Shown in pieces: positions 40,913 to 50,769 of a stretch of 64,000 nt of DNA (positions are counted from its first letter, which is position 1; each line of letters begins with the position of its first letter). This DNA comes from Pedobacter sp. (lineage in GTDB: Bacteria > Bacteroidota > Bacteroidia > Sphingobacteriales > Sphingobacteriaceae). Position numbers and translations under genes: made by a program. The DNA lies in assembly GCA_045629455.1 (NCBI GenBank), contig JAZQRI010000083.1:6536-70535 (forward strand), written 5' to 3'. The notes below the pieces were generated by a model, which saw only the letters and a list, made by a program, of their open reading frames with translations, was not told the origin of the DNA and did not search any database.

Positions 40913-42565
40913 CTATTTATAGACCTCCGTAATCGGCTTCCCAATCGTTCCATTTGGTTCCTGAATCTTCAGCAACGATGTAATGGTCGGTGCGATATCT
41001 GTCATGTTGTAAGCCGCGTTCGACTGGCCATGCTTAATGCCCCAGCCCATAAATACAGCTGGAATATGCGTATCATAATGGCCGACAGTTCCGTGCGTAG
41101 CACCTGTAGCGCCACCTCCGGACCATCCTTGTTTCTGCATCACCTGGATCACCCCGCTCCGCTCCCTGTTGTAACTGTTCATCATTTTATTGCGATACAG
41201 TTCCGGAATATCCGATGTAGCGAGGTCCTTGATGTCAACAGCATAAGCAATCCCTTCCTGTTTACCTACAAAATCAACAACTTTAGTACGGATCTCTGCC
41301 TCATTCAACTTGTTTTTGCTGATCGCCGGGTGATTTAAGGTGATTTGTGTATTGCTATATGCGGTAACGAGATTTTTCACCTTGTAATCCTGCTCCAGTT
41401 GGCTGTTTAAAGTGCTCATCCATGCTCTTGAAGCAACAAGTCCGGCAGCTATCTTATTGTCGATCAGGAAATTTGCGTTATTCATCGCTCCGTGATCCGC
41501 AGTTAAGAAAACAGAATAGTTGCCTTTGCCGACCTTTGAATCCAGGTAGGTAAAGAAGCTTGCCAGGTCACGATCAAGCCTAAGATACGTATCTTCCGCT
41601 TCGATTGAATTCGGCCCGAAACGATGTCCGACGTAATCTGTTGAGGACACACTGATCGCCAGTAAATCCGTGATGCCATCTGCACCCAGATCTTCATTTG
41701 CTATCGCCGCTTTAGCCATCTCCAGCGTTAACGTGCTTCCGTATGGTGTACTTGTCAGTAAGCCCAACCCCTCTGCAGCCATTAGCTGCGACGTTTTTAG
41801 CGGGAAAGTTGGCTTATCTGTTCCGGTAAATTTTCCTTCGTACGGACTGTCGTCTTTTGTACTCTGTACGTAAGTCTCTATCGGATATAAGGTATTCCAG
41901 TCCTGTTTCAAAAACTTCTCCGGCAACTTTTGAGCGTTAAACTTATTCACCCAGTCTGGCAGTTGTTGCATGTAATAGGTGCTGGTTACCCAGTTACCAG
42001 AACTTCCGTCATACCAGTAGGCCGCATTTGCGGCACGGCCACCCGGCAAAATGCTTCCCCGATCTTTAGACGCAACGGCGATAACCTTAGCCCTGAAGTT
42101 GGTCGCAATACGTAACTCATCGCCCATGGTAGAGGCCAGCAGATTTCTCGGAGACATCTTCCCGACGGTTGCATTGTCGCTTCCTACAGTTTGAACGGTG
42201 GAGTCGCCCGCACAGTACAAGGTCTTTCCGGTAGCCTGTACGATAAAGTCGTTACCTGCAATGCCGTGAATGGCCGGAACAGAGCCGGTATATACAGAAG
42301 CATGGCCGATACCCGTTACACTTGCACTATAGTTGATGTGCGCATTGTCGCAGGAGAAACCTTCATTAAGCATGCGTTTGAATCCCCCATTTTCATAGCG
42401 ATCATAGTAGCGGTAGAGATAATCCCAGCGCATTTGATCAACCATGATGCCGACAACCAGCTTCGGCCGCGGTAAGGCAGAAGTTGCAGCAGGCTTTTTA
42501 ACTTGTGCAGAAGCGCCGATAGACGCGAAGGCGAGTAGTGGAAGGAGTAAGAATTTCGATTTCAT
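40913..42565 (-). CDS. Alkaline phosphatase-superfamily enzyme (PafA / nucleotide pyrophosphatase-like)
   Basis: Signal peptide; VVGIMVDQMRWDYL; metal-ligand contexts (TADHGA, GTHG) typical of PafA-type Bacteroidota phosphatases. Confidence 0.8.
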   Translation of the reverse strand: MKSKFLLLPLLAFASIGASAQVKKPAATSALPRPKLVVGIMVDQMRWDYLYRYYDRYENGGFKRMLNEGFSCDNAHINYSASVTGIGHASVYTGSVPAIHGIAGNDFIVQATGKTLYCAGDSTVQTVGSDNATVGKMSPRNLLASTMGDELRIATNFRAKVIAVASKDRGSILPGGRAANAAYWYDGSSGNWVTSTYYMQQLPDWVNKFNAQKLPEKFLKQDWNTLYPIETYVQSTKDDSPYEGKFTGTDKPTFPLKTSQLMAAEGLGLLTSTPYGSTLTLEMAKAAIANEDLGADGITDLLAISVSSTDYVGHRFGPNSIEAEDTYLRLDRDLASFFTYLDSKVGKGNYSVFLTADHGAMNNANFLIDNKIAAGLVASRAWMSTLNSQLEQDYKVKNLVTAYSNTQITLNHPAISKNKLNEAEIRTKVVDFVGKQEGIAYAVDIKDLATSDIPELYRNKMMNSYNRERSGVIQVMQKQGWSGGGATGATHGTVGHYDTHIPAVFMGWGIKHGQSNAAYNMTDIAPTITSLLKIQEPNGTIGKPITEVYK

Positions 42566-42838
42566 GTATGGTTATTAGACGTTGTATAATTTACTTCGTT
42601 GAATTGAAGCATTTCTCATTGCCTAAAATACATATTCATTCTTTTTTCCATGCATCCGGCACTTCAATAGTCTTTTTACAAAGGCATTGCAACATCTCTT
42701 TTACACTTGGTGCCGACTCTGGAGCAGCCAGCTGGAAGAGCTGCCTGCCTGGAACTTCAGAGGGCGATCCACATTTGCGAAAAATGAACTCTCCATGACG
42801 CAAAGTCGCTATACCTTTACGCCCTTCAAAGAAACCCG

Positions 42839-43489
42839 ATGCAACCATATAGATTAGTCATATTGTCTCTTTTTCTCGTATTCAGCGCCAACATGATCCA
42901 TGCCCAGACCAACTGGAAGTTGGCCACAGATAAAGACGGCATCAAAGTATACACCAGCGCTGTACCGAACTCAAAAATCAAAGCTGTAAAGGTTACCTGT
43001 GATCTGCCGGCAAAAGCCAGTACGCTTGTTGCGCTCCTTCTGGATGTCGAATCTGCCCCCGAATGGATCTACCACACGAAATCCTGTAAACTCCTCCGGC
43101 AGGTCTCTCCATCTGAACTGTATTATTACTCGGAAGTTGAAGTTCCATGGCCAGTAGAAAACCGAGACTTTGTGGCACACCTGTCGGCAAGCCAGCATCC
43201 CGAAAGCAAAGTGATTACCATCGATGGACCAGCAGTTGGCGGCTATGTTGCACCAAAGAAGGGTGTGGTCAGAATCTCTGACTCTAAAGGCAGGTGGCAG
43301 ATCACCCCTTTGCCCAACAATCACATTCAGGTTGAGTATACACTCCATGTAAATCCAGGCGGCAGCCTACCAACCTGGCTGGTAAATATGTTTGCCACAC
43401 AGGGGCCCATGGAGATCTTCAGCAAGATGAAGACAGAACTGCAAAAGCCGAAATACAGGAATGCCCAGTTTGCCTTTATCACAAACTAG
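42839..43489 (+). CDS. Secreted START-domain (lipid-binding) protein
   Basis: Signal peptide, then WKLATDKDGIKVYT...APEW...WPVENRDFV, characteristic of bacterial START domains. Confidence 0.7.
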   Translation: MQPYRLVILSLFLVFSANMIHAQTNWKLATDKDGIKVYTSAVPNSKIKAVKVTCDLPAKASTLVALLLDVESAPEWIYHTKSCKLLRQVSPSELYYYSEVEVPWPVENRDFVAHLSASQHPESKVITIDGPAVGGYVAPKKGVVRISDSKGRWQITPLPNNHIQVEYTLHVNPGGSLPTWLVNMFATQGPMEIFSKMKTELQKPKYRNAQFAFITN

Positions 43490-43537
43490 TTAATTCTATC
43501 CAGCATTCCTCATTTTGCCTCAACTATCCGGGAAGCC

Positions 43538-45226
43538 CTATACTTCCACAACAAGCTTGTTCATCATAAAAGAAACAAACCTATTTGGTATGCGATAGCG
43601 GCCCTTTTTGTTGAAATCTTTAACGACAAGCATTAATTCCTGCTGGGTATACCGCTTTACAAAGACATTAAATAATTGCTCGAGGATCGGCTGTAACTGC
43701 TCTGGCTGCAGATCGCTATCACTCATGTCGTCTGACCGGTAAAGCATGTGACTCAGAAATCGATCCTTGTTCGTGGCCGCCAGCTTTTCAGCAAACTGCA
43801 CGATCACCTCATAGCTTGTACCAGCGTCCAGGTAATCGAGCATCTTCACATACTCATGTTCATGATCCAGCAGTTGAAAAGAAAACAACATAGCTCCCGG
43901 ATGATAGCTGGCCTCCCTTCTCGCACGGGTAAATAGTTTATTGCGCCATTTGCTTTTTTCTTCCCCCTCCTCCAGGTATTCGTCGACGAATAAATAGGTA
44001 TTAAAATCAAACGAATACGACAACGCCTCTTTCAACACACCGGCAAGTTTTTGATTGTCCTTTTCAATGGTATATATCTCCGCCAGGAGTCGAAGATAGT
44101 CACCGTTAAAATCTTCCCGGGAGTTGCCTGCGATCTGCTCAAGGCAGTATTTCTCGGCAAGGGCTAACTTATCATACTCAATGAGCCATTCAATAAGTTC
44201 TACATTGTAGTCGTTTTGATACCGGAGGGGCTCGAAAAGGAGATAGTAATCCTCGAACAGCCCACTGCTCGCCACCAGGTCAAAAACAGTTTTGATATAC
44301 TGCGTTCCGTCATAAAACTGCCTGGCATTGACTTTCATGAACTGGGCGACAAGGTTGACGGTAAGCGATCTTTTCCTTTCTATACTACTCAGCCGGTGCA
44401 GTTTCTCCAGAAACCTCAGGTAAAATGACCTGAGGTAATACGGTGCCCCATGGATCCGGACGGTAAAATAATTCACAGCCTTATCCCAGGTATCCTCATC
44501 CTGAAGCTGATGGATGGCCGGCAGAACTTTCATCAACACATTCTCCTCGTATTTAGAGATCCTGCCGTTGAGATCACCATACTTAGACTGAACCGTTTCG
44601 CACCCTTCCATAATTGCATGTAGCCGAAGGAAAGATTCTTCATCCGCTGTCTGCGTACAGAAATCAGCAATGACGGACTCGTGTAACACGGCCCAGAGCT
44701 CAACAATTTTCTTTGCATGAGCACTGTCTACAGTTCTCTTGTTTTTAATCACCGACTTAACGGCATCCATGGTGAGCTGTTTTATTTCCAGCGGTTGATA
44801 TTGCCGCTCCGACTGCGAGAACTGATGTAGAAATGTCAGACCCAGGTCCTTGTTTTCTTTCAGCAAGCCGAGAAGCCAGGCCTTTAATTTTTCCGGATCA
44901 GCCTGCTGGACCAGCGTCTCCAGAGGATCTACCTTTTTAGCGCCTTTAAGTTTTGCTACAGGCTTTTTATCTTTAAGGACAAACAAAAGTAAGGCGGTTT
45001 GATGAGGACAAAAAGACGTGGTGCTCAGGCAGTCGCAGCCATGTCCAGTAATCTCCCCTTTGGGGTTTACCAGCAGATAAGTATCAAAGGTTTGATCGTT
45101 CTCATCAACATACGCCTGGTAATGCCCTTTTTCGATCTCGTCGCATTCTCTTACGGTACCTTTTTTTGCTTTCAGTAATAGATCCGGGGAGAGTACAGTT
45201 TTATAGTTCTTTAAAGTAAGTTCCAT
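43538..45226 (-). CDS. SWIM zinc-finger protein with a long helical C-terminal region
   Basis: CxCx(n)CxH signature GHGCDCLSTTSFCPHQTALL near the N-terminus. Confidence 0.65.
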   Translation of the reverse strand: MELTLKNYKTVLSPDLLLKAKKGTVRECDEIEKGHYQAYVDENDQTFDTYLLVNPKGEITGHGCDCLSTTSFCPHQTALLLFVLKDKKPVAKLKGAKKVDPLETLVQQADPEKLKAWLLGLLKENKDLGLTFLHQFSQSERQYQPLEIKQLTMDAVKSVIKNKRTVDSAHAKKIVELWAVLHESVIADFCTQTADEESFLRLHAIMEGCETVQSKYGDLNGRISKYEENVLMKVLPAIHQLQDEDTWDKAVNYFTVRIHGAPYYLRSFYLRFLEKLHRLSSIERKRSLTVNLVAQFMKVNARQFYDGTQYIKTVFDLVASSGLFEDYYLLFEPLRYQNDYNVELIEWLIEYDKLALAEKYCLEQIAGNSREDFNGDYLRLLAEIYTIEKDNQKLAGVLKEALSYSFDFNTYLFVDEYLEEGEEKSKWRNKLFTRARREASYHPGAMLFSFQLLDHEHEYVKMLDYLDAGTSYEVIVQFAEKLAATNKDRFLSHMLYRSDDMSDSDLQPEQLQPILEQLFNVFVKRYTQQELMLVVKDFNKKGRYRIPNRFVSFMMNKLVVEV

Positions 45227-45325
45227 AGCTTGCTTTATTCCTCTGGCTCATCCTTGGAGCAGCACGTCTGCCTCAATACGCTACGGTCCTGATTATTTAG
45301 AGGGAATAACGATAAAGCTACGAAG

Positions 45326-46324
45326 TTAAACAGATATTTTCACAACCATCTTACCTTCATTTTTCCCTTCGAAGAGATCGATGAAGGCCTGAGGAATCCG
45401 ATCGAAACCTTCGACTATCGTTTCGGAATATTGTAATTTGCCTTCCTTAAACCACGCCGTAAGCTGTTTCATTGCCTCCGGAAACTTGTCTGCATAATTA
45501 CTCACGATGAAACCCTGCATCAGCATGCTGTTTTTTAACAGATACGGCTGTAACCTCGGCCCGACTGATTCTTTTGAATCATTGTAAGATGATATGGTTC
45601 CACAAATGGCGATGCGACCATATTTATTCATGTTGAATATTACGGCGTCTGATACGTCTCCGCCGACATTGTCGAAATACATATCTACGCCATCCGGTGC
45701 TGCTGCTTTAATTTCCTCCTCCATATTTGACGCGGTCTTGTAGTTGATGCCTTCATCATATCCGAACTTTGTTTTTAATGAGGAGATCTTCGCATCTGAA
45801 CCCGCGATACCAAGCACTTTAGCGCCCATGATCTTAGCAATTTGTCCAACAGCACTACCGACAGCTCCTGCAGCCCCGGAAACGACCAGCGTCTCCCCCG
45901 CCTTAGGTTTAAGTATTTCCTGAATACCTAAGTATGCCGTCAGTCCGGTCATACCCAGGATGCCGAGGTAGGCCGTCAGGCTGATCGATTCATCCAGTTT
46001 AGTTAATCCTTTCCCGCTGGAAGTCTGAAACATTTTCCAGTCGAGACCAGCGGTTACATGATCTCCAATAGAAAAGTCCGGGTTTTTGGATTCAGTCACC
46101 TCCGCAATGATGGCCGACTGCATGGGTTTGTTCAGCTCGAAAGGTGGTACATAAGACTTTGCATCGTTCATTCGTCCTCGTAAATACGGGTCAACGGAAA
46201 CGTAAATCGTCTTCAATAGAACTTCACCATCCTTAACTGTCGGCATCTCGATTTCTTCAAACCTGAAATCATTTAAAGTCGGCACGCCAGTTGGTCTGTT
46301 TGCGAGTAATATTACTTTGTTCAT
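45326..46324 (-). CDS. NADP-dependent oxidoreductase (MDR family, YncB/CurA-like)
   Basis: VSVDPYLRGRM and the nucleotide-binding motif VVSGAAGAVGSAVGQIAK. Confidence 0.85.
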   Translation of the reverse strand: MNKVILLANRPTGVPTLNDFRFEEIEMPTVKDGEVLLKTIYVSVDPYLRGRMNDAKSYVPPFELNKPMQSAIIAEVTESKNPDFSIGDHVTAGLDWKMFQTSSGKGLTKLDESISLTAYLGILGMTGLTAYLGIQEILKPKAGETLVVSGAAGAVGSAVGQIAKIMGAKVLGIAGSDAKISSLKTKFGYDEGINYKTASNMEEEIKAAAPDGVDMYFDNVGGDVSDAVIFNMNKYGRIAICGTISSYNDSKESVGPRLQPYLLKNSMLMQGFIVSNYADKFPEAMKQLTAWFKEGKLQYSETIVEGFDRIPQAFIDLFEGKNEGKMVVKISV

Positions 46325-47430
46325 AATCCAGGGTATTTGTTATCAAGCGCATTTAACTTAATAAACAAATATTCTTTGGTTCTGATTTAGAAAGTTGTTA
46401 CGAGCCGATGATTGATGAAGTTCCGTGGTGAGACGAGATACAAGTTCGAGACCTTAAATGATGTTCTGGCGAGTGCAAGTAAATTTCTGTATTCATTGTT
46501 GAAAGGGCCTCAGACGGCTTTTCAGCGTATGCCGAGGATGATACTTTTCCGGCAAATGCTGATTTTTCTGGTACAAGATTTCCATGGTCACATCTCATAC
46601 AAGTCTTTGATCGTCGTGATGCAATCTTTAAACCGGCAAACCGCCGGCCTTTCCGACAAGCTTCAAACGTGGTGAAAACTAAAGAAGGAATCCATTCAGT
46701 TCAGGGCTCCATTCCAGAACAAATACGCTAATATATCGTGCTATTATAAGTGATTACCGGCTAAATCGGCTGCTATATCCGCTCATTTCTTGACGCATCA
46801 TCCAACTTAAGCTCGGACATCCAGTACCACCTTTAACTGAAGAACCAACAAACTGACGAGAAGGAAAACAGAACCCTTCAGCCTGTTATTTCCTCCTGTT
46901 TGCATCAGAGCCATCAATTGGAGAATGTGATTTTTTCTGGTAACAATTACTTTTACGCTCTTCGGGCTGCCTACATTAAAAAATTAGTCATTAGACTAAT
47001 TCGGTCAATTTGTGATCCTAAAGAAACAGCACGAAGCTAAAAATTACAGATTGTAATCTTACATTATAGCAGTGTACCCGTTCAGATGTAATACACAATC
47101 ATCAAACTTATTCAAAGAAAATGGTAAAATTTAGCCGTGAAAAGTGGCAAGCTTACAGAGTAGAAGATTATGAGTCTTCTAGCCTAACCGTCTAAAAAGG
47201 CACAAAAATCATCGTTCCTGAGGAAACTGGCGATTTGTTCTCAGGAGTGCTTAGCAACGCAATAGATAAGCACTTAGTGGTTTCTACGGCACATTAAATT
47301 ACAGCATTTGATTTACCAACAATAAAAGACATAATATATAGAAAAGTCACCCCAAATAATAGCGGGAAGGAATTGACGATTTGTAATTAAATTGGGCCTA
47401 GAATGTAGATAACTGAAAAATTTAACGCTC

Positions 47431-50400
47431 ATGAAATACGCACTATTCGGATATACCTATCAGCATTATGTCGCCTGCCTTTTGCTCGCCATGATGGATG
47501 TAGAACGTAAAATCCAAAAAATAAGTCTTGAAACAGACGTTAACCACAATTTTGACGACATTAACATATCCTGCGAACACAAAAATTATTGCCTCCAGTT
47601 AAAGGACATCGAAGGCTTAACAACTGATGAAATTACCATAGCAGATGGAAACATAAAAATCAGCGGCAAGAACCATAAGCTATCTTCAGAAGAAAACCTT
47701 TTGTTTTTTAAACAAATTAAACTACGGCCAGACTGCAGGATATTGGGATTACCTGCTCAGCTCAAGGATGGCGTTTATCTAATTTCATTAAACCGAGCGC
47801 AGGTAGAACAGCGTATCTCAAAGCTGTATTATCTAGACAAACATAGAAGACAACTGATCAATAGGTTTCTAAGTGAGCGACTCGACGAACGGAAATTAGA
47901 GATTGACCTGAGAAATATTCCCGCCATTGCGACATTCGATACAAGGTTGACCGACAAGAGTATCCGTGTCGCTAGAAAAATTCTCAATTTTGAACAGATC
48001 CTCCACATCGAAGGAAAACCAGGTGTTGGTAAAAGCCACCTTGTCACTCAGCTCGAGAACCAATTTCACCCAGTGGTACTCTACAGGTTCTGGATTTCCA
48101 ATCAGGACAAAAAATACGAAGAGCGGCTTCGATATACCGAATTTCAGGCGGATGTGATAAAAAAGCTATTTTTTGACCAAAAAGAACGATCAGTTAATGA
48201 TATCTTTTCGGCACTTGAAAAGGACAAGCCAACTTTAATCATCGATGGCCTGGATCATGTCGAAAACTACAGACCACAGGATCTGCGGTCCTATCTAGAT
48301 TTTATAACCCGTGCCTCAGAAAAAACGCGCGTTATCGTACTCAGCCGTCCGCTCCGCACCTCTACGGTTTGGAAAAAACAGGTGCTACGAAACTGGAGCG
48401 GTCCCCAAACTAGAAAAATATTAAAATCATTATACCATCTATCAAGCTATTTGGTTTCAGAACAGATTCACAAACTAACCGAGGGATATCCCATCCTGGT
48501 CAAATACATAGCTGAGCAGTATAAGAAAGAGGGGGTGGTGCCAAGCTTTTCCCAGCTTGACACTGTAAACTCTTACTATGACCAACTTTTCAGCAATGAA
48601 ACTGGCAAACGCGCACTGGCTTTATTCCTATGCACCAGAGGCTTCATTATGCATGAGGAAATTGATCTTTTCCTAGGTGAATACAGCGGAAGCCTGATCA
48701 AGGAATTCCTCGAAGACCGACCTTATTTATTCGAACGAAAACTAAATAGAATATCCCTTTATCATGATAGCCTAGTAACTTACCTTAGAAATAGCGCTCC
48801 GGAATACCAAGTCCTTCAAGGTAAGGTGAATTCAATTGTCAGCCAGTCTATGCTCAAAGGCGAGACCAGATTCCAGTCTAGGATTGGCCATTTCGATCTT
48901 GACAAGAGCTCTGTCTTAAGAATCGTTCGGTATTATTCAAGCATAGCCAACTTCAAAAAATTAATGACGGGCTTATTGGATTTTGAAGCTGTTCGGGAAT
49001 TCTATCCCCAATTGCTTGATTTGCTCGAAAATATCGGCGCATCGCATCTGACCATCAGCCAGTACTATGATCTGGCCCTTATCCTAAATCTTGTCGCTAG
49101 AGACCATTTTTCAACTTTTAATGGCTTCTATTATACCTTCACGAAGGCCATGATAAAATATGGTTATGCCCCAGAATATATAACTTCCAACGGCTATCTA
49201 TTTGCTATGATGATGTACATCAAAACGCAGGATGCCTCGTTGCTATTTAATGTCAAGGCAGACGGCCTTTATGACGTTTCCCGGTTTTATCAGGAACTTG
49301 AGACCGAAATTAAAGAAGAACGTGACTACTTTGAATATCAATCCAAACCCTTCAAAAGGTCTTTGATGGTCAAATCCTTGGCCGATACCCACAATTTAGA
49401 TTATGGAGAAAATCTTGAACATATTCTGGTAAATAACTGCCTCTTTCCGCAACCGGGGCAAAAGTTTGCCAGCCTGAGAGAATCGGTGTCCATTTACCTG
49501 AGCGGGCAGGAAGAACGGGCAGCGATGATACTTTCCATGGAACTCGAAAACAAAAACTGGGATCACTGGCGTTTTGGCTGGCGTCTGGAGAAAGTGAAAT
49601 CTACCCTTTTGGCTCTAGGTGACCAACCGCAGGACAACGATTACCTTAACCTCTCCCTTCGCGATTACCTGAAGCAAAATAGTGAAAAGGGCGCCTTCAA
49701 GCTCTGGCCTGAAATATTGGCCTACATTAGACTATCATTACATAGAAACAGAAAAATGGATCTAGAGTCCATATCGGAATTCTGGACAAAATATCATCAG
49801 CGCCATGACTATTCCCTACGCAGTATTTCTTATATTCTTCGCTCACTTGAGGACCTGGGAGAAATTGACTGGAAAGATTCCCTTGAGCTGATCATGGATA
49901 TCCAAACTAAATCAGAAAAGGGATACAGGGGTCTTACCGCGGAATACTTTGGCCTGCATGATCCAGCCTTCATGGTAAAGGCGATAAAGGAATTTGGTAC
50001 CGGTCAGTTAAAGGTATCCTGGTTCCAGCTCGAGCATGAATACCTGGAGGCGCTTCCAAAATATGTTTACGATATTGAAATGGGCGAACAAATACACTAT
50101 CACCGAACCAATATGCAAATGGATATATCGGTGATAGAAAACTTGTTATCGTCTTCTAAACTGAAATTCCTCAAAAGGGACCTATCCGACTATCGCTATA
50201 CCATCATGATCAAGGACGGAGATCCCAGGGAGGCCATGCTCAAACAACATAAAATTCGATACAAAATTTACGCACAGGAAAAATACAAACTAGAGAGAAG
50301 CCCAGAAGAACGCTTCGACGAAGGATGGTTCGAACCCAGCAATAGGCATCTAGTGCTTGAGAGAGGATTAACCCCATCTGAGGCAGCCCTATTGCTTGAG

Positions 50401-50664
50401 AGCGAAAGTACAGCCATAAAATATCCAGAACTATTTGAAGTTTTTCCTAAGCAACAGGTTAAAGAGCAGATCAAGGAAATCCTTAAAGCCGCTCTAACCG
50501 GCAAATCCAAACATGGGACTTATCGGCAAAGCCCCAGGCTTTTGCCCGGACACCTGATAAAGGTTATTGAAATTGCTGGCCTTACGTCCCAAATACCAAA
50601 ACTTTTGGAAAGCTATAGAACTTTTATGTCGTTGTCCATGTACCAACTTCCTCTAAAAAAATAA
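47431..50664 (+). CDS. NACHT-like STAND NTPase with N-terminal Cap4/DUF4297-like PD-(D/E)xK nuclease domain (Avs/bNACHT-like)
   Basis: N-terminus FGYTYQHYVACLLL...ISLETD...FDDINI...YCLQLKD (GxxYQ plus E/D...QxK pattern). Walker A GKPGVGKSH; Walker B LIIDGLDHVE; VIVLSRP (TSRP-like); about 650-aa helical C-terminus. Confidence 0.7.
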   Translation: MKYALFGYTYQHYVACLLLAMMDVERKIQKISLETDVNHNFDDINISCEHKNYCLQLKDIEGLTTDEITIADGNIKISGKNHKLSSEENLLFFKQIKLRPDCRILGLPAQLKDGVYLISLNRAQVEQRISKLYYLDKHRRQLINRFLSERLDERKLEIDLRNIPAIATFDTRLTDKSIRVARKILNFEQILHIEGKPGVGKSHLVTQLENQFHPVVLYRFWISNQDKKYEERLRYTEFQADVIKKLFFDQKERSVNDIFSALEKDKPTLIIDGLDHVENYRPQDLRSYLDFITRASEKTRVIVLSRPLRTSTVWKKQVLRNWSGPQTRKILKSLYHLSSYLVSEQIHKLTEGYPILVKYIAEQYKKEGVVPSFSQLDTVNSYYDQLFSNETGKRALALFLCTRGFIMHEEIDLFLGEYSGSLIKEFLEDRPYLFERKLNRISLYHDSLVTYLRNSAPEYQVLQGKVNSIVSQSMLKGETRFQSRIGHFDLDKSSVLRIVRYYSSIANFKKLMTGLLDFEAVREFYPQLLDLLENIGASHLTISQYYDLALILNLVARDHFSTFNGFYYTFTKAMIKYGYAPEYITSNGYLFAMMMYIKTQDASLLFNVKADGLYDVSRFYQELETEIKEERDYFEYQSKPFKRSLMVKSLADTHNLDYGENLEHILVNNCLFPQPGQKFASLRESVSIYLSGQEERAAMILSMELENKNWDHWRFGWRLEKVKSTLLALGDQPQDNDYLNLSLRDYLKQNSEKGAFKLWPEILAYIRLSLHRNRKMDLESISEFWTKYHQRHDYSLRSISYILRSLEDLGEIDWKDSLELIMDIQTKSEKGYRGLTAEYFGLHDPAFMVKAIKEFGTGQLKVSWFQLEHEYLEALPKYVYDIEMGEQIHYHRTNMQMDISVIENLLSSSKLKFLKRDLSDYRYTIMIKDGDPREAMLKQHKIRYKIYAQEKYKLERSPEERFDEGWFEPSNRHLVLERGLTPSEAALLLESESTAIKYPELFEVFPKQQVKEQIKEILKAALTGKSKHGTYRQSPRLLPGHLIKVIEIAGLTSQIPKLLESYRTFMSLSMYQLPLKK

Positions 50665-50769
50665 ATACCACAGCTATTTAAGCTGCATTGAACAACTGCA
50701 TTATTGATCATCCCTTTGCAGATAAACTGGTAAATTGCACATCTAATAACCAAATACACTACGCTCACT

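Noticed and set aside
46398-46675. Mutually overlapping 66-aa (-) and 87-aa (+) ORFs; considered as a remnant of an HxlR-type regulator, which is often divergent from NADPH oxidoreductases
   Set aside because: Only vague resemblance, spread over different frames. There is no convincing HTH motif and no good start context.
46325-47430. tRNA or tmRNA gene as an island integration site
   Set aside because: I scanned by eye for GGTTCGAAT-type T-loops with a matching acceptor stem on both strands and found none. A tRNAscan/ARAGORN run would be definitive.
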